This document shows, piece after piece, positions 8,372 to 20,056 of a stretch of DNA of 64,000 bases. The position numbers and the translations under genes are program-made. Positions within the stretch are counted from its first letter, which is position 1. Each line of letters begins with the position of its first letter. The stretch is from NCBI GenBank assembly GCA_018822365.1, contig JAHJKL010000061.1, forward strand, positions 13,242 through 77,241, in the 5' to 3' direction. Source of the DNA: Candidatus Margulisiibacteriota bacterium. GTDB taxonomy: Bacteria > Margulisbacteria > WOR-1 > O2-12-FULL-45-9 > XYB2-FULL-48-7. The notes under the pieces were generated by a model. That model was given only the letters and a program-made list of their open reading frames with translations. It did no database searches and was not told the DNA's origin.

Positions 8372-9361
8372 TTGATAAATGGTATAATTTCCCTTGTGAG
8401 TAAGAAAAAACTACAGGCATATAATCAAATAGTTGACATCTCAAATTGGCCTATTGATGATGTTTATTCAGGCATGTATCCAAAAGGAGCAAGAGAGAAA
8501 ATTGCTTGTTTTTGCCCAAAAGAGGGGTACGAATTTTTAATTCTGAATAGAGACAGTAAATATAGACATAGATATTTATACAAACTATCTAGGTCAGCTT
8601 ATCCTTCACAGTTTTGGGCGGAAATTGTTGCGTATAGATTCGGTTGTCTTATCGGGGTGAAGGTTCCACCTGCTTTTGTTGCTATTAATGATAAGGATCA
8701 CAATTGTGGTGCATTAATAGAGTTTTTCTTTAAGGATTATCCTTATGGGGACGAACAATACTATGTTGATGGTGGAATGTTCATGAAAAAATTAATTCCT
8801 GATTACGATTTAAAAAAAGGAACACAGCATAATTTTGAAACAGTAGAACGACTTCGGGTGTTGTGTGATAATTGGTACGAAGAATGGGCAAAAATATTTA
8901 CTTTTGATGCATTAATTGGCAATACTGATCGGCATCAAGACAATTGGGGATTAATTGGAAAGCTTAGGGACGCAACTCACGGGAAATTTGTGCTTTCGCC
9001 TGCTTTTGATAATGGGACAAGCTTGGGGCATGAAATTAATGAAGAAAATTTGTATAAATTTAACACAAATAAGGTTAGTGATTACATTAATCGTGGCCCA
9101 AATCATATGAAATGGAAAATGACCGATGAAAAAAGACCTCTAATGTTTGATTTTATTCGGATGTTTTGCTTAAATAAACCAGAGCAAAGGGAATTAATGT
9201 TGAAATGCATCTCGTTTTCTATCGATAATGTTAGGGAACTAATATATGAGTTAACAAAGTTTGATGTAAAATGTAGGTTGTCGGAGAAACGCGCAGAGTT
9301 TATGGTACAATTAATTCAAGCAAGACAAGCAAAACTAAGGGAAATATTGGAAAACAAATGA
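8372..9361 (+). CDS. HipA-like (HipA_C family) Ser/Thr kinase, short form
   Basis: Conserved HipA C-terminal catalytic motif (ALIGNTDRHQDNWGLI) and a downstream PAFDNGTS motif. AT-rich gene with a TTG/GTG start. Its stop overlaps the next ATG (ATGA). Confidence 0.65.
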   Translation: MINGIISLVSKKKLQAYNQIVDISNWPIDDVYSGMYPKGAREKIACFCPKEGYEFLILNRDSKYRHRYLYKLSRSAYPSQFWAEIVAYRFGCLIGVKVPPAFVAINDKDHNCGALIEFFFKDYPYGDEQYYVDGGMFMKKLIPDYDLKKGTQHNFETVERLRVLCDNWYEEWAKIFTFDALIGNTDRHQDNWGLIGKLRDATHGKFVLSPAFDNGTSLGHEINEENLYKFNTNKVSDYINRGPNHMKWKMTDEKRPLMFDFIRMFCLNKPEQRELMLKCISFSIDNVRELIYELTKFDVKCRLSEKRAEFMVQLIQARQAKLREILENK

Positions 9362-10065
9362 AGTGGATTGAAAATATAATTGAACCCCATCGATTGTTAT
9401 TAACTTGGCAACCGTCTGACACAAAAAATCGCTTACGAAGGATAATTGGAGAATTAATTAATGACGGAGAAAAAGTGAAAATGAATTATTTGATTGGCAC
9501 AAAAGATTATGAAGAGGCAAAAAAATTAGGATTTAATGGGTTTGCTTCTTTTTCTCTTGACTCGACAACATACGATAATGTTTTAGATGTATTTATGAAG
9601 CGGTTGCCGCCGCGAAATCGTAGCGATTTTAATAAATATATGGAAGCCATTCGTATCCCTATTGACAAGCAAATATCAGATTTTGCTTTATTAGGATATT
9701 CTGGGGCAAGATTGCCGGATGACGATTATACAATTGTGCACCCTTTTGAGAATGTGCAAGGGCGATGTGAAGTTTTAACTGAAATATGTGGCTTTCGGCA
9801 CAATGAAGGGGTTAAAAACGTCGATGAGCTAGAGATTGGACAAGCTGTTTTTTTAGCAAAAGAACCCAACAATCAATTCGATTCACTTGCCGTAAAAATT
9901 ATGTTTAATAACAAGCGCTTAGGATATATTAATAGGGTGCAGATTCAAGCATTTAATGAATGGATTAATAATAATTCTATTGAAGAAGTGACGATTGAAA
10001 AAATAAATGGTTCCAAGGAAAGTCCAAAGGTTTATGTTTTTGTGAAAGTTAACAATAAGACTTGA
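9358..10065 (+). CDS. HIRAN-domain protein (C-terminal HIRAN, N-terminal unknown domain)
   Basis: The C-terminal ~100 aa fit the HIRAN pattern (VFLAKEPNNQFDSLAVKIMFNNKRLGYINRVQIQAFNEWI). Translationally coupled to the HipA-like gene. AT-rich. Confidence 0.6.
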   Translation: MKWIENIIEPHRLLLTWQPSDTKNRLRRIIGELINDGEKVKMNYLIGTKDYEEAKKLGFNGFASFSLDSTTYDNVLDVFMKRLPPRNRSDFNKYMEAIRIPIDKQISDFALLGYSGARLPDDDYTIVHPFENVQGRCEVLTEICGFRHNEGVKNVDELEIGQAVFLAKEPNNQFDSLAVKIMFNNKRLGYINRVQIQAFNEWINNNSIEEVTIEKINGSKESPKVYVFVKVNNKT

Positions 10066-10111
10066 AGCTAATGGTTTTTGACAAACCGACGCGCCCCGAC
10101 CGATCTGGGGA

Positions 10112-12612
<2,501 letters not shown>

Positions 12613-12616
<4 letters not shown>

Positions 12617-14124
12617 TTGACCGTCTTTAAAAAGCTAATGATCAGTTCTTTGAGGGAAGCTTCTGTTTCCGGCGCGATATCCAGGCTGGTTTTTATGCTG
12701 GCCAAAATGTCCTTGCCGCGGGTCCGGCAATAATCAAAAAATCGGGCCTTATATTCTTTGACGCTATCCTTTGGCCAGGTGTTGAAATAGTTGTTGGAGA
12801 GCCCGTAGAGAAAGGCGATTTGCTCTTCGACAGGCAGGGGCTCATGTTTGCTTTGCTTAAGGGCCTCCACGAGGAGGGCGCCCTTGGCCAGCAGATCCTG
12901 GGTCTCTTTTTCCAGTTCGGATGAGAACATTTCAAACGACTGCTTTTCCCGGTAGCGGGCAAGGTCAAGCTTCAGGCTTCCGGAAACTTTGCGCATTGCT
13001 TTGATCTGAGCCTTTCCGCCGACCCGGGAAACGGAGATCCCGGCGTCAATGGCCGGCCTGATCCCCTGGTTGTAATAATCGGTCGACAGGAAGATCTGGC
13101 CGTCGGTGATCGAAATGACGTTGGTCGGGATGTAAGCGGAGACGTCTCCCAGCTGGGTCTCGATTATCGGCAGGGCAGTAAGCGACCCGCCCCCTTTTTC
13201 CTTGCTAAGTTTGGCGGAGCGCTCCAGCAGTCGGGAATGCAGGTAGAATACGTCCCCCGGGTAGGCTTCGCGGCCGGGAGGACGCCGCAAAAGGAGAGAG
13301 ATCATCCGATAAGCGTTAGCGTGCTTGGAAAGATCGTCGTAAACAATTAACACGTCTTTTCCCTGGTACATGAACTCTTCGCCGATCGCGGTCCCGGCAA
13401 AAGGGGCCAGATATTGCAGGGCGGCCGGGTCCGAGGCCGGGGCATCAACCACGACAGTATATTTTAAAGCGTCATGCTTGATCAAGGTGGCTACAGTTTC
13501 GACGACTGTTGAAGTTTTTTGCCCGATTGCCACATAGATGCAGATCACATTCTGGTCTTTTTGATTGATAATAGTATCAATGGCAATGGTGCTCTTGCCG
13601 GTAGACCGGTCGCCAATGATCAGCTCGCGCTGGCCCCGGCCGATCGGGATCAGGGCGTCAATGATCTTGTAGCCCGTTTGGAGCGGCTGGCTGACCGGGT
13701 GCCGGTCAATAACCGCCGGGGCAGGAGCCTCAAGCGGCCTGGTGCGGTCGGAATTGATCGGGCCGCGCCCATCAAGCGGCTGGCCTAAAGCATTGACCAC
13801 ACGGCCAAGCAGCGCATCGCCGACAGGAACTTCCATTAAACGGTTCAAGTTTTTTGCCCAGTCCCCTTCGCGGACCGAAACGTGGCCGGCCAGGATCATA
13901 GCGGTGATCTCGTCCCGCTCCAGGTTGCTGACCAGGCCAAAAGTGTTGTTGGGGAATTCGATCATGCCGCCGACCTGGGCGGAAGAGAGCCCGCGGATCC
14001 TGGCGATCCCGTCACCCGACTCTAAAATGATCCCAACTTCGTCAACTTTAGCCTGGGCCTCAAACTCTTCGATCCGCTTTTTGATGGCTTCGGAAATATT
14101 ATGGTAATTTTTTAATTCAGTCAT
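12613..14124 (-). CDS. atpA: ATP synthase F1 alpha subunit
   Basis: Walker A GDRSTGKS and full-length alpha-subunit similarity. Confidence 0.95.
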
Positions 14125-14138
14125 ATGATGCGCTCCTT

Positions 14139-14558
14139 TTATACCGGAATGCTGACCAGAGAGTTGTTTAGCTCGATCAGGGTTTTTTTCAGGCTCATGT
14201 CGATCCTGGTGCCGCCGATTATTTTTATGATCAAGCCGCCAAGGATCAATGGATTTACGTCGTTCTTAAGCTTAAAGGTCAGGTTGAACTGACGGTTCAA
14301 GGTTGCTTCGGCCCGGGCGATGGTTTTTTCGTCGAGCGGAAAAGCTGAAACGATCTGGCCAAAAGAGATCTTTTCCATTTCCGAGACCAACCTGGTGTAG
14401 CGTTCGGAAATCCTGCTTAACTGGTCGCTATGGCCTTCGTTGATCAGCAGGTCGGTTAGTTTAACAAAGATCGGCGATGGGTCTTTGGTGAAAAACTCGC
14501 GCAAGACCTCGATCTTGCGCTTTGCCGGCACCGCAAAGTCCTCGAAAAACAACCGCAA
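14139..14558 (-). CDS. atpH: ATP synthase F1 delta subunit (OSCP); annotated start is TTG, true start probably further upstream
   Basis: The C-terminal delta signature is present ([20 protein letters not shown]). The same frame stays open through the 106-nt gap up to the atpF stop, with no ATG/GTG/TTG in it. Confidence 0.7.
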   Translation of the reverse strand: MRLFFEDFAVPAKRKIEVLREFFTKDPSPIFVKLTDLLINEGHSDQLSRISERYTRLVSEMEKISFGQIVSAFPLDEKTIARAEATLNRQFNLTFKLKNDVNPLILGGLIIKIIGGTRIDMSLKKTLIELNNSLVSIPV

Positions 14559-14664
14559 TTCATAGTTTGAATAGATCAGCTTGCTTAGAAAATAAAGCTC
14601 TTCTTCGAGCTGCCAATGCAGGCCGTCTTCTTTAGCCCATTCGTAAATTATTTTATAATCGATC

Positions 14665-15165
14665 TCAATTTCCAGGGGAGCGCTCCTTTTCCAGTTCTAC
14701 CAGGCTTTCCATGACCAGGCGTTGTCCGTCTTCCGCGGTTAGCGATTTTTTAATGACTTTTGCGGTCGCCTGGGTGATCAAGAGAGCCGATTGGTTGCGG
14801 AGCTCTTCCAGTGCTTTGCGCTGTTCTTTGGATATTTCTTGCAAAGCGCTGTCACGCAGGGACTTGGACTCCAATCGGGCTTCTGTTACCAATTTATCCC
14901 TAAGCATCTGGACTTCCAGTCGGGCTTGCTCTTTTAGTTCGGCGGCTTCATGGTTGGCCTCTTTTAGCCGGACCTCGTATTGTTGAAGCATTTCCTCGGT
15001 GTCTTTTTTTACCTTTTCCGAATCGGCCAGCCGTTTGGCAAAAAAAGCTTCCCGTTCCTCCATAAATTGGACCAGGACAGGCAAGACAAACCTCCAGAGG
15101 AGGAAGAGCAATACTCCAAAACTGATCAGTGTCCAAAAAATAAGTCCGGTTTCTAGATCGAACAT
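14665..15165 (-). CDS. atpF: ATP synthase Fo subunit b
   Basis: N-terminal TM helix followed by a long charged coiled-coil. Operon position. Confidence 0.8.
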   Translation of the reverse strand: MFDLETGLIFWTLISFGVLLFLLWRFVLPVLVQFMEEREAFFAKRLADSEKVKKDTEEMLQQYEVRLKEANHEAAELKEQARLEVQMLRDKLVTEARLESKSLRDSALQEISKEQRKALEELRNQSALLITQATAKVIKKSLTAEDGQRLVMESLVELEKERSPGN

Positions 15166-15166
15166 A

Positions 15167-15397
15167 TTACTTTAATAGGATGAGCAGAAGCGAAACAACC
15201 AAGGCGTACAGGGCGATCGCTTCGACGAACGCGATAAAAAGGATCGCGGTCGTTCTAAGCTGATCGGACATCTCCGGTTGGCGGCTCATTGATTCGATCG
15301 CCTTTTGACCGATCAAACCGACCCCGATGCTCGCTCCGATACCGGCCAGACCGATCGCTAACCCCGCACCCAATGTGGCAAAATCAATTGGACTCAT
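15167..15397 (-). CDS. atpE: ATP synthase Fo subunit c
   Basis: Two-helix proteolipid with a GxGxGxG-rich first helix and a conserved carboxylate in helix 2 (FVEAIALY). Confidence 0.9.
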   Translation of the reverse strand: MSPIDFATLGAGLAIGLAGIGASIGVGLIGQKAIESMSRQPEMSDQLRTTAILFIAFVEAIALYALVVSLLLILLK

Positions 15398-15423
15398 AAC
15401 AATTCCTCCTTCAAAATATTTAT

Positions 15424-16158
15424 TTAGTGGCCGGAGCTTGTCGCTTCCGCCACGTAAACAGCCGAAAGAAACATAAAAATAAAGGCCTGGATAAACGCGA
15501 ACAGAAGCTCCAGGACCGAAACAATAACATGTCCGGCCAACGGGAGCGGTGCGATTAAAATGCTTTTAAAGATCAGGATCATGGAAATGAATGAGAGCAG
15601 GACAATATGTCCGGCAAAAACGTTGGCAAAAAGACGAACGGCCAGGGAGAACGGCCGGGCCAGCTGGCTTAAAACCTCGATCGGGATCAAGAGGGGGAGA
15701 ACAAGCGGCGGGATGCCGCTGGGAATGATCGATCGAAAATAATTAAAGAAACCGTGTTTGATGATCCCGGCCCCGGTCGCTACGATGATCACCATGATCG
15801 CCAAAGAGGCTGTGACGTTGATGTTGGAGGTCGCCGAAAACCAGTCAGGGATAAGTCCCGAGAGGTTGCAACCCAGGATAAAGAGAAAAAGAGTGAAAAG
15901 GAAGGGGAACCACTTCTTTGTTTCTTCCCCAAGAACACCGGCAAGCTGGCTTTGGAATATTTCAATGGTGACTTCGGCTAAATTTTGTATTTTTCCAGGG
16001 ACCATCGATAAGCGGCGGGTTGCCAGCCAGAAAAAAGCAAAGACAAGCAGGACAACGACCCACATGCTGACCACCGCTTTTGTTATTGACAAGTCAAAAC
16101 CAAGAAGCTGAAGATGGTAATAAACGGGCGCGCGAAAATGTTCTAAAATGTCTATCAT
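15424..16158 (-). CDS. atpB: ATP synthase Fo subunit a
   Basis: Polytopic membrane protein with the conserved Arg region (LSLAVRLFANVFAGH). Confidence 0.9.
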   Translation of the reverse strand: MIDILEHFRAPVYYHLQLLGFDLSITKAVVSMWVVVLLVFAFFWLATRRLSMVPGKIQNLAEVTIEIFQSQLAGVLGEETKKWFPFLFTLFLFILGCNLSGLIPDWFSATSNINVTASLAIMVIIVATGAGIIKHGFFNYFRSIIPSGIPPLVLPLLIPIEVLSQLARPFSLAVRLFANVFAGHIVLLSFISMILIFKSILIAPLPLAGHVIVSVLELLFAFIQAFIFMFLSAVYVAEATSSGH

Positions 16159-16168
16159 AAAATAAAGA

Positions 16169-16378
16169 TTATTTCAGTAGGCGGGCAGCGATCTTATAAG
16201 CGTTCCAAAAGCCAGCAATTGCTCCGAGGATGAGGCCAATGATCAGTAACCAGGGAGAAGTATGCCACATTTCGTCAAGCTTATATCCGACCAGGGCCCC
16301 AAGAAAAACCCCAACCGCGAGCTCAACACCCACGTTAAGTGCCAAGCCAACATCTTTACCAAGAAATGGACTTTTCAC
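16169..16378 (-). CDS. AtpZ/AtpI-family small membrane protein
   Basis: 69-aa, two-TM protein immediately upstream of atpB, as is typical for AtpZ/AtpI. Confidence 0.5.
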   Translation of the reverse strand: MKSPFLGKDVGLALNVGVELAVGVFLGALVGYKLDEMWHTSPWLLIIGLILGAIAGFWNAYKIAARLLK

Positions 16379-16425
16379 TTAAAATAACTATACTCCCGGA
16401 GGGGCAAAAAGTCAAATACGGCGGG

Positions 16426-18255
16426 CTATTCGACGGTGACGCTCTTAGCCAGGTTGCGGGGTTGGTCGACGTGACAGCCCCGTTTCAGGGCAATGTAATA
16501 GGCAAAGATCTGGAGCGGAACGACTGCCAGGAGGGGAGAGAGAGACTCGGTGGTGTTGGGGATGTAAAAGATCTCATCCGCTTGTTGGGCGATCGCCTCA
16601 TCACCCTCAGTCGCGATGGCGATGACCTGTCCGCCGCGGGCCTTGACCTCTTCAATGTTCCCCAGGACCTTTTCATAGCGGCGTCCGGCAAAGGCAAGGA
16701 TGACCACCGGCATGTTCTTGTCGATCAGGGCGATCGGCCCATGCTTCATCTCGGCGGCCGGGTACCCTTCGGCATGGATGTAGGAGACCTCTTTTAACTT
16801 CAGGGCCCCTTCCAGCGCGATCGGGAATCCTTTGCCGCGGCCAAGATAGAGGGAGTTGGTGGCGTGGCAATATTTTTCGGAGATCTTTTCGATCGCGCCC
16901 TCGCTAAGCAGGACTTTTTCCAGTTTATCCGGGATCTCGATCAGGTCCTGGATCAGCTTGGTCGCTTCATTTTCGGTGATCGTTTCGCGGATCTTGCCGA
17001 AAAGGAGGGCCAGGAGGTAAATGATGGTTAACTGGGTAGTGAACGCTTTGGTCGAGGCGACCCCGATCTCCGGACCGGCGTTGGTGTAAATTACGCCGTC
17101 AGATTCCCGGGCAATTGTTGAGCCGACAACGTTGCAAATGGAGATCGTTTTAGCCCCCTGGGCTCTGGCTTCCCAAACCGCCCCCAGTGTATCAGCGGTC
17201 TCGCCCGACTGGGTAATGGCGATCACCAGGGTATTCTTGTCAATGATCGGATGGCGGTAGCGGAATTCGGCGGCGTACTCTACCTCGGTCGGGAGCCGGG
17301 CAAATTGTTCAAAGAGATATTCGCCGATCAGACCGGCGTGCCAGCTCGTGCCGCAAGCGGTAAAAACAACCCGGTTGATCGTTTTCATCTCTTCCCTGGT
17401 CATGGTCAGTTCGTCAAAGTGGATCTTGTGGCTGTCCGGCTGGATCCGTCCGGCGATCGTTTTGCGAATAGCGTTCGGCTGTTCATGGATCTCCTTGCGC
17501 ATGAAGTGGGCATAGCCCCCTTTTTCGGCCGATTCCGGGTCCCAGGAGATCAAGGCAACTTCTTTGGCGATCTCGTCACCTTTCAGGTCGAAGAATTTTA
17601 CCCCATCCATGGTCATTTCGGCCAGTTCCCCGTTTTCAAGGTAGATCACCCGGCTGGTGTATTTGAGCATGGCCGGAATATCGGAGGAGAGGAAGAGCTC
17701 TTTCTCTCCCAGTCCGATGATCAGAGGACTGCCGGAGCGGGCTACTACGATCTTTTTTGGGTCGGCCTTGGTGATGACCGCCATGGCGTAGGTCCCGCGA
17801 ACCAGCCCGATCGTCTTGCGGACGGCGGCCAGAAGGTCACCGTCAAAATTCTCCTCAATTAGGTGAGCCAAAACCTCTGTGTCGGTTGAAGAAAGGAATT
17901 TGTGCCCCCGGACGCTAAGTTCTCGCTTGAGGTCCTGGTAATTTTCAATGATCCCGTTATGCACGACCGCCAGTTCAGACTTGCAATCCTGGTGGGGGTG
18001 GGAGTTCTCGTCCGAAGGTTGGCCATGGGTGGCCCACCTGGTGTGGCCGATACCGATCTTTCCGGTCAGCGGTTTTTGGGCAAGTTTGTCTTCCAGGAAG
18101 GATATCTTGCCAACACATTTGCTGAGTTGGATCTTCCCCCGGTTAATGGTGGCGACGCCGGCGGAATCGTAGCCGCGGTACTCAAGCTTTTTTAATCCTT
18201 CGATCAGGAAGGGGAGGGCCTCTTTACGCCCGATATAACCAAAAATTCCGCACAT
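16426..18255 (-). CDS. glmS: glutamine--fructose-6-phosphate aminotransferase
   Basis: N-terminal MCGIFGY nucleophile. Two SIS domains and the C-terminal KSVTVE motif. Confidence 0.95.
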   Translation of the reverse strand: MCGIFGYIGRKEALPFLIEGLKKLEYRGYDSAGVATINRGKIQLSKCVGKISFLEDKLAQKPLTGKIGIGHTRWATHGQPSDENSHPHQDCKSELAVVHNGIIENYQDLKRELSVRGHKFLSSTDTEVLAHLIEENFDGDLLAAVRKTIGLVRGTYAMAVITKADPKKIVVARSGSPLIIGLGEKELFLSSDIPAMLKYTSRVIYLENGELAEMTMDGVKFFDLKGDEIAKEVALISWDPESAEKGGYAHFMRKEIHEQPNAIRKTIAGRIQPDSHKIHFDELTMTREEMKTINRVVFTACGTSWHAGLIGEYLFEQFARLPTEVEYAAEFRYRHPIIDKNTLVIAITQSGETADTLGAVWEARAQGAKTISICNVVGSTIARESDGVIYTNAGPEIGVASTKAFTTQLTIIYLLALLFGKIRETITENEATKLIQDLIEIPDKLEKVLLSEGAIEKISEKYCHATNSLYLGRGKGFPIALEGALKLKEVSYIHAEGYPAAEMKHGPIALIDKNMPVVILAFAGRRYEKVLGNIEEVKARGGQVIAIATEGDEAIAQQADEIFYIPNTTESLSPLLAVVPLQIFAYYIALKRGCHVDQPRNLAKSVTVE

Positions 18256-18281
18256 AACCCTTTACCTTTCCAGCGGGATGC

Positions 18282-19619
18282 TTACTGCTGCTGGTTTAAG
18301 ATCGACTCAACTTCTTTTTTGGCCAGCTTGAGCTGTTTCTTGATCCTGGCCGGGTCATAGTTGTTGTCGGCAGTCGCCTGGTCCCACATGATCCCCAGGC
18401 GTCTGGTCAGGATCGGCTCCAGCAGTCCCCAGGCCGGGATGGCAGGGTAAGTCCTGCCGTAAAAGACCGCTTCTTTGAAAACCTTGAGGTTTGGATCGTT
18501 GGAGATAAAAGGATCTTTGAACGCTTCAATCCTGGCCGGAAGGAAGCCGGTGACCTTGGCATATTCCACCTGTGGTTTGAGTGAGGTCAAATATTGAATG
18601 ACCTTGAGGGCGTCCGCTTTATTCTTCCCTTGCTTGAAGACCGCCAGAGAAGAGCCGCCGACAAAAGTCATCCGCCCCTTGGGGCCCTTTGGATAACCAA
18701 TAACGGCGAAATTCTTGGCAGCCGGGGAGCCTCCCGCTCCGCCTTCGGAAGCTGGACGGGTCAAGGTTTTAACTTCGTAAGGACCGTCAAAATAGGAGGC
18801 GCAGGCGCCGCTGTTAAAGTTGGCGCTGACCTGGGCGGTATTAAGTTCAAGATAAGAGATCGGGACGTAACCCTCTTTGACCAGGTTCAGGTAGTAGACA
18901 ATTCCGGCGGCCGCGGCGTCGCTGTCAAGAACACAGGTTTTTCGGTCGGCGGAAAGAAAGTCTCCTCCAGCCATCCAGATCCACGGGGCGAGCGAATGAA
19001 TGACGTTCCAGTCGTTTTTGCCGGAGATTCCGAGCGGGGCCATCGGCTGATCGTCAAAGACCAGATCGGCTTCATACAGTTTCTTCAGCCCTTTCCTAAA
19101 TCCGTCCCAGGTTTGAAGCTCCGACGGATTAAGGCCGGCTTTTTTAAATGCGTCTGTTCTAATGAACAAGGCTCTGGCGTCGACGAACCAGGGGATCGCG
19201 CTGACCTGGCCGGATTTTTCAATGCCGGTGGTTTGCCAGGCAACCGGGACAAATGATTTTGATCCCCCCAAAGAAGAGATCGCTTCTTTAGAAAATGTTT
19301 CCAGTGCCCCCATCTTGGCGATGGCGGAAGTCCAGGTTGATCCCAATTGAACCATGTCCGGGACATCGCCCGAGGTTGCGGCGGTCGTGATCTTGCTCCA
19401 GGCTGCCCCCCAATCGACAGAGGTGACCTTGACCTTGATCCCGGTCTTTTTTTCGAAGGGGGCCAGCAGGTTTTCAATGTCGGCAACCGGGCTCAACGAG
19501 TTTGGCATTACCCAGAACTCGACAACCCTTTCGTTGGAGGTCGTTTTTGAGGGGGCGCAGCCTACTACCAAAAGAAGAGAGCCAAAAAGAACCAGCAGAA
19601 ACATTGTTCGAAGCTTCAT
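18282..19619 (-). CDS. ABC transporter substrate-binding lipoprotein (family 1, sugar-type), orphan
   Basis: Lipoprotein signal peptide (LLLVVGC) followed by an extracellular solute-binding family-1 fold. No permease or ATPase genes are adjacent. Start assigned to the internal MKLRTMF. Confidence 0.75.
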   Translation of the reverse strand: MKLRTMFLLVLFGSLLLVVGCAPSKTTSNERVVEFWVMPNSLSPVADIENLLAPFEKKTGIKVKVTSVDWGAAWSKITTAATSGDVPDMVQLGSTWTSAIAKMGALETFSKEAISSLGGSKSFVPVAWQTTGIEKSGQVSAIPWFVDARALFIRTDAFKKAGLNPSELQTWDGFRKGLKKLYEADLVFDDQPMAPLGISGKNDWNVIHSLAPWIWMAGGDFLSADRKTCVLDSDAAAAGIVYYLNLVKEGYVPISYLELNTAQVSANFNSGACASYFDGPYEVKTLTRPASEGGAGGSPAAKNFAVIGYPKGPKGRMTFVGGSSLAVFKQGKNKADALKVIQYLTSLKPQVEYAKVTGFLPARIEAFKDPFISNDPNLKVFKEAVFYGRTYPAIPAWGLLEPILTRRLGIMWDQATADNNYDPARIKKQLKLAKKEVESILNQQQ

Positions 19620-19767
19620 TAAGTTACCCCTTTCTAATATTTCTCGATGGAACAAATACAGATTAACTTATAATTGTACAGGAATTGTGAGATATATTCA
19701 ATGCGGGCTGGGTACAGGGGGTGAACCTTATATCTCTGAAATTGCCGCCAGATACCCGGGGAGGCTA

Positions 19768-19881
19768 ATGCCGTTCATAGCGCATCTGCCGGTTGAAGTT
19801 ATCCGCGCCTTCCGTTGTGACAATCCGAAGCGAATTCTATTTGCCGACGGTAAAATACCGGAGCGGATCCGCAGGTTTTAG
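19768..19881 (+). CDS. possible 37-aa small ORF (MPFIAHLPVEVIRAFRCDNPKRILFADGKIPERIRRF)
   Basis: A GGGGAGG motif lies 4 nt upstream of the ATG. It sits in a ~400-nt region with no other assignment. No homology recognised. Confidence 0.2.
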   Translation: MPFIAHLPVEVIRAFRCDNPKRILFADGKIPERIRRF

Positions 19882-20000
19882 GCAAGGCGCGATATTAAAA
19901 GTGTTCCGGATCTAATTTGAAATAAACTGAAATTATTGGAAAAACCTGCCGATATATACATAGAAGCGATGACATACCTTTTCACTTCTGTCGAGACAAC

Positions 20001-20038
20001 AAAACCGGGAACGCCTGTTTTCCCGGTTTTTTGTTTTT
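20001..20038 (+). terminator. rho-independent terminator hairpin
   Basis: AAAACCGGGAA-CGCCTGTT-TTCCCGGTTTT followed by TTGTTTTT. It lies 19 nt upstream of the rlmN start. Confidence 0.6.
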
Positions 20039-20056
20039 AGATGGTAGAATACAATT

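Noticed and set aside
19354-19881. 175-aa + strand ORF overlapping the 5' end of the ABC substrate-binding protein gene
   Set aside because: Most of it is antisense to a well-supported lipoprotein gene. Only the 3' 37-aa portion beyond the SBP start was kept, as a low-confidence small ORF.
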